A DNA stretch of 48,964 bases from Candidatus Saccharimonadia bacterium (GTDB lineage Bacteria; Patescibacteriota; Saccharimonadia; UBA4664): contig JBGTMQ010000008.1 of NCBI GenBank assembly GCA_041743505.1, forward strand, positions 135,183 to 184,146. The letters run 5' to 3'. Numbering within the stretch: position 1 is the first letter of the stretch; every line of letters begins with the position of its first letter. Below are positions 47,228 to 48,964 of the stretch, one piece after another. The notes under the pieces are model-generated. The model was not told the DNA's origin, searched no databases, and saw only the letters and a program-made list of their open reading frames with translations. A program made the position numbers and the translations under genes.

Positions 47228-48826
47228 CTATTCTTGATGAATAGGTAGACCGTAATCTTCATCTTCACTTTTGCTTTCAGGTTTTCTGGTTTTAGGCTTA
47301 GTCTCAGGTTTTTTAGTCCCCACTCTAGCGGTCTTTAGTGGCTTAGGCTGAGGTGCTTCTTTGGGAACGTACTTTGTGGTGTAGTTTACTCTTGAAGCCG
47401 CAATAACTAGTTGAGCCAAATCCTTGATGCCCGAGTCCTCTAGTAAAAGCGTCTCACCCGACACCGGCTCTTGAGATAAGACGGCTGAGATTCGAGCGTA
47501 GAAGTTATACGAAGGTAAATTAGCAATCTCTCCCTGCTCTATGTAGGGGCTAAAAAGCGGTAATATCACTTGCTCGTCTGCTGGGTTGCCGGATCGGAAA
47601 CATACAACCGTGCCGACGTTGGCTAGGATTGTGTTAACCATGCGCTGTTCTTCTTGCTGTGATGTGGACTGCTCGGCCATCGTCAGAAAGACTTTGTACT
47701 TTCGGGCTTCGGAAAGCATCTGAACGAATGACATGGTGGCAAAGTTTTGGAACTCATCAACGTAAAGGTAGAACGGCTTACGGTTGCTGCGCTCTTGCTT
47801 AACCCGTCGATAAGCCGCAAGTTGTAACTTAGCGAGAGTACTAATACCGAATAGCTCAGAGGTATCCTCGCCAATAAGACCCTTGGCAAAGTTACAAATC
47901 AGTATTTTACCATCTAGGACTTCTTCAAAGTTGATCGTAGATTTGGGCTGACTTAAAATACGCTCTGCCGAGGCCGAAAATTGATAACGGCCAATCTTAG
48001 CCGTAACACCAGCCGCCATCTTCACTCTCTGAAAGTCACCAGCCTTGCCAAACTCATTTTTCCAGAAGTTTTTTAGCTTTTGATCTTCCAGAGTTTTTAT
48101 CATCTTCTTACGATATTTAGTGTCAGTCAGAAGATCGAAGATTGTAAATAGTGTGGAGCCCTCAATAGTAAGTGCGGTCTGAACTGTGTTTCGCATGATG
48201 TATTCGATACGGTGACCGCCGGAGTCGTCATCTGAGAATGTCTTACGCATGATCGAAATGACCGACTCGGTTATAAAATCTTTAGCGTCTAGTAGTTCGT
48301 CACCAGTTAAGCCCTCAGGTAGCTCCAAGATATTGAGCCCCATCGGGTAACCCAAATCGGACGGATTAAAATATATAACATCGTTTACCCGGCTCTCTGG
48401 GATATATCGCAAAAGTTTTTCGGCTAGGTCGCCATGAGGGTCAACCACGGCCACGCCTTTGCCGTTCTTAATATCTTGGACAATAGCGTATTCCATCATG
48501 GTCGTCTTGCCGTTACCCGTGCCACCAATGATGTAAACGTGCTTCTCGCGTTCGGCCGCAGTCAACCCAATGTCTGTGCTTGTGCCATGATGGAAGTTAC
48601 GCCCAACCACAACATCCAGCTTTGGATTACTTTTTAGTGAAATTGGTGCAGGCAGTGTCTTGCTCAATGATTTCACGACGTTTTCAGTCTTCGCAGTTTC
48701 GGTATGGGGGAAATGGTAGAGATCGGCTATTTCTGAGGCCGAGAACACGCAAGAGCTACGTGCAAACAGCGTTGGTAGTCTGTGCTTGAACGTAAACACC
48801 TGATATTGCCTCTTGATCCGTAAGCC
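47228..48826 (-). pseudogene. VirD4/TraD-like coupling ATPase, C-terminal part; 5' end cut off by IS30
   Basis: HVYIIGGTGNGKTT, VVDPHGDL, LYVDEFQNF, LSEARKY; the frame stays open upstream of the GTG up to the IS end. Confidence 0.8.
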
Positions 48827-48964
48827 TAGCTTCTAACCCAAAACGCACCACCGTGCCTTAAACACCTGCTCTGGCGTGCGGTAGCCGAGTCGTTTCCGGG
48901 GTCTAGTATTAATCAGACGTACCGCCCGGTCAATGTCTTGCTGGGTAATGCTCGCAAAGCTCGT
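48826..48964 (-). mobile_element. IS30-family insertion sequence, right end (transposase C-terminus 48833..>48964)
   Basis: TSFASITQQDIDRAVRLINTRPRKRLGYRTPEQVF* carries the IS30 N.RPRK.LG..TP signature; end position approximate. Confidence 0.9.

Larger units (their letters stand above)
38019..48964. mobile_element. integrative (probably mobilizable/conjugative) element at tRNA-Gln; right end outside the window
   Basis: serine recombinase abutting the tRNA, replication-relaxation protein, DUF3768, VirD4-like ATPase, defence-like cargo, visibly more AT-rich than the core. Confidence 0.85.

Overview
This is bacterial chromosomal DNA using the standard code (TAA, TAG and TGA all act as stops). 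Gene content and the many apparently leaderless genes suggest a Patescibacteria/CPR (Saccharibacteria-like) genome, which is an inference. Bases 1-38018 are core chromosome: typA, secE-nusG, rplK-rplA, a thymidylate cluster (cytidylyltransferase-like, dCMP deaminase with an in-frame amber codon, tmk, dcd, thyX, glyA), rplJ-rplL, dnaX-dnaB, a GtrA/GT2/PMT-type glycosylation cluster, ybaB, recR, a DHH phosphoesterase, cysS, PadR, two orphan histidine kinases and tRNA-Gln(TTG). Small self-contained accessory cassettes are scattered between these genes. From the tRNA to the window end lies an integrative element: large serine recombinase, replication-relaxation protein, DUF3768, Mrr-like nuclease, HEPN protein, a secreted protein with small membrane proteins, and a VirD4/TraD-like ATPase interrupted by an IS30. 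The most striking unexplained signals are: (i) a tandem cassette behind nusG whose 5' leader and 3' hairpin show strand-specific compensatory base changes (candidate new cis-regulatory RNA plus an unknown His/Cys protein family); (ii) a 42-bp motif repeated upstream of two thymidylate transcription units; (iii) an Frpo-like ssDNA hairpin promoter in the mobile element. The supplied ORF track labels 26128..27987 as +, but the sequence shows it is on the - strand.
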